From Balanoglossus misakiensis (Eukaryota; Animalia; Hemichordata), in assembly GCA_040954595.2 (NCBI GenBank), contig CM082596.2:1090736-1154735 (forward strand): a DNA stretch of 64,000 nucleotides, read 5' to 3'. Positions within the stretch are counted from its first letter, which is position 1. Each line of letters opens with the position of its first letter. Of this stretch, positions 63,185 through 64,000 are shown in pieces. A program made the translations under genes and the position numbers. The notes beneath the pieces are model-generated. The model saw nothing but the letters and a program-made list of their open reading frames with translations, made no database searches and was not told the DNA's origin.

Positions 63185-64000
63185 CTGCGAGAATAAATTA
63201 AATGCATTAATGGCCATGAAGGAGATTATGTGAATGGTAGCCAGTGGAGCCAACACTCTGGGTATGGTCGCTATGGTAACGATTCGCGCAGTCGTACTAC
63301 GCACATTCTGAAAATACTGACGGGAAGACTATTATAGTTAATTGGAATTCTAATTGAAATGGTGCATAAAACAGCTGTTGTCATCAATTCTTCACAAAGT
63401 GATAACCACCATGCATGACATTTTGCAGAGGTTGTCTATTCAACCAGAAATGACGGGAATGTATTGTATTCTCAAAATGTAATGCGTTTTTTCTGGGACT
63501 CTGGTTGTCCGAAATTTGGTCCGACGCCAGACAGTGTTACGTCAGTGGAATCGGATTGGGTCGCGTCGAATAGTCGGACCATGACATAATAGTATACAGC
63601 AAATTATGGTCGGTCCATGAACATACCTAGACCAGACACCAAACTGATGTGTACAGTATGGTTGACTCTTTGGGGACAATACTGTCACCTATTAAATTGT
63701 AATGTATGCACTGTTTGTCAGCAAACGGCACCCTTTAGGCTATCTTTGCGTTGCAATCAATTACTCAAATGGGTGGCTTTTGTTGGAGCGTTCACGTCAG
63801 ATACTCTAAGTCCCAGGGCTCCCGGTCTGCCCATAGTCCAGCGCTATTAATAACACTATGCTAGTTGTTGCACTAAATTAAAAAGCTCATGTGACGAGGG
63901 GAGAGAGAAGCTAACAAATGCCAGCATTTCTGTCATCACATTGAATATAGTACAAATTGATAAGCTTGATTTATTAGCTTGCTCTTCTCTTCATTTTACT

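Overview
Intron-rich, AT-rich eukaryotic (animal) genomic DNA. Protein similarities suggest an invertebrate deuterostome such as a hemichordate, but the organism is inference only. Six protein-coding genes were reconstructed by hand from GT-AG splice sites: MED1 (minus, 3' end runs off the window), an MPP7-type MAGUK (minus) head-to-head with WAC (plus), a ~3,900-aa gene (minus, 37180-54720), and two tandem Golgi-type sulfotransferases (minus). The giant gene is the main finding. In one phase-consistent reading frame it joins a near-complete ZC3H7A/B (RoXaN)-like TPR plus zinc-finger module to a HELZ/HELZ2-like body: UPF1-like helicase, PAM2 motif, RNase II/R (RNB) domain with all four catalytic Asp, and a second helicase. 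Its upstream region carries ISRE/IRF-like and two GAS-like motifs, suggesting an inducible single-polypeptide RNA recognition and decay machine. Also present are two TA-flanked MITEs (one inside a TACA microsatellite), piggyBac-like end remnants, an orphan promoter-like island between two convergent 3' ends, and a coding 21-bp VNTR. Homology calls are from recalled sequences, not database searches, and coordinates marked ~ are approximate.
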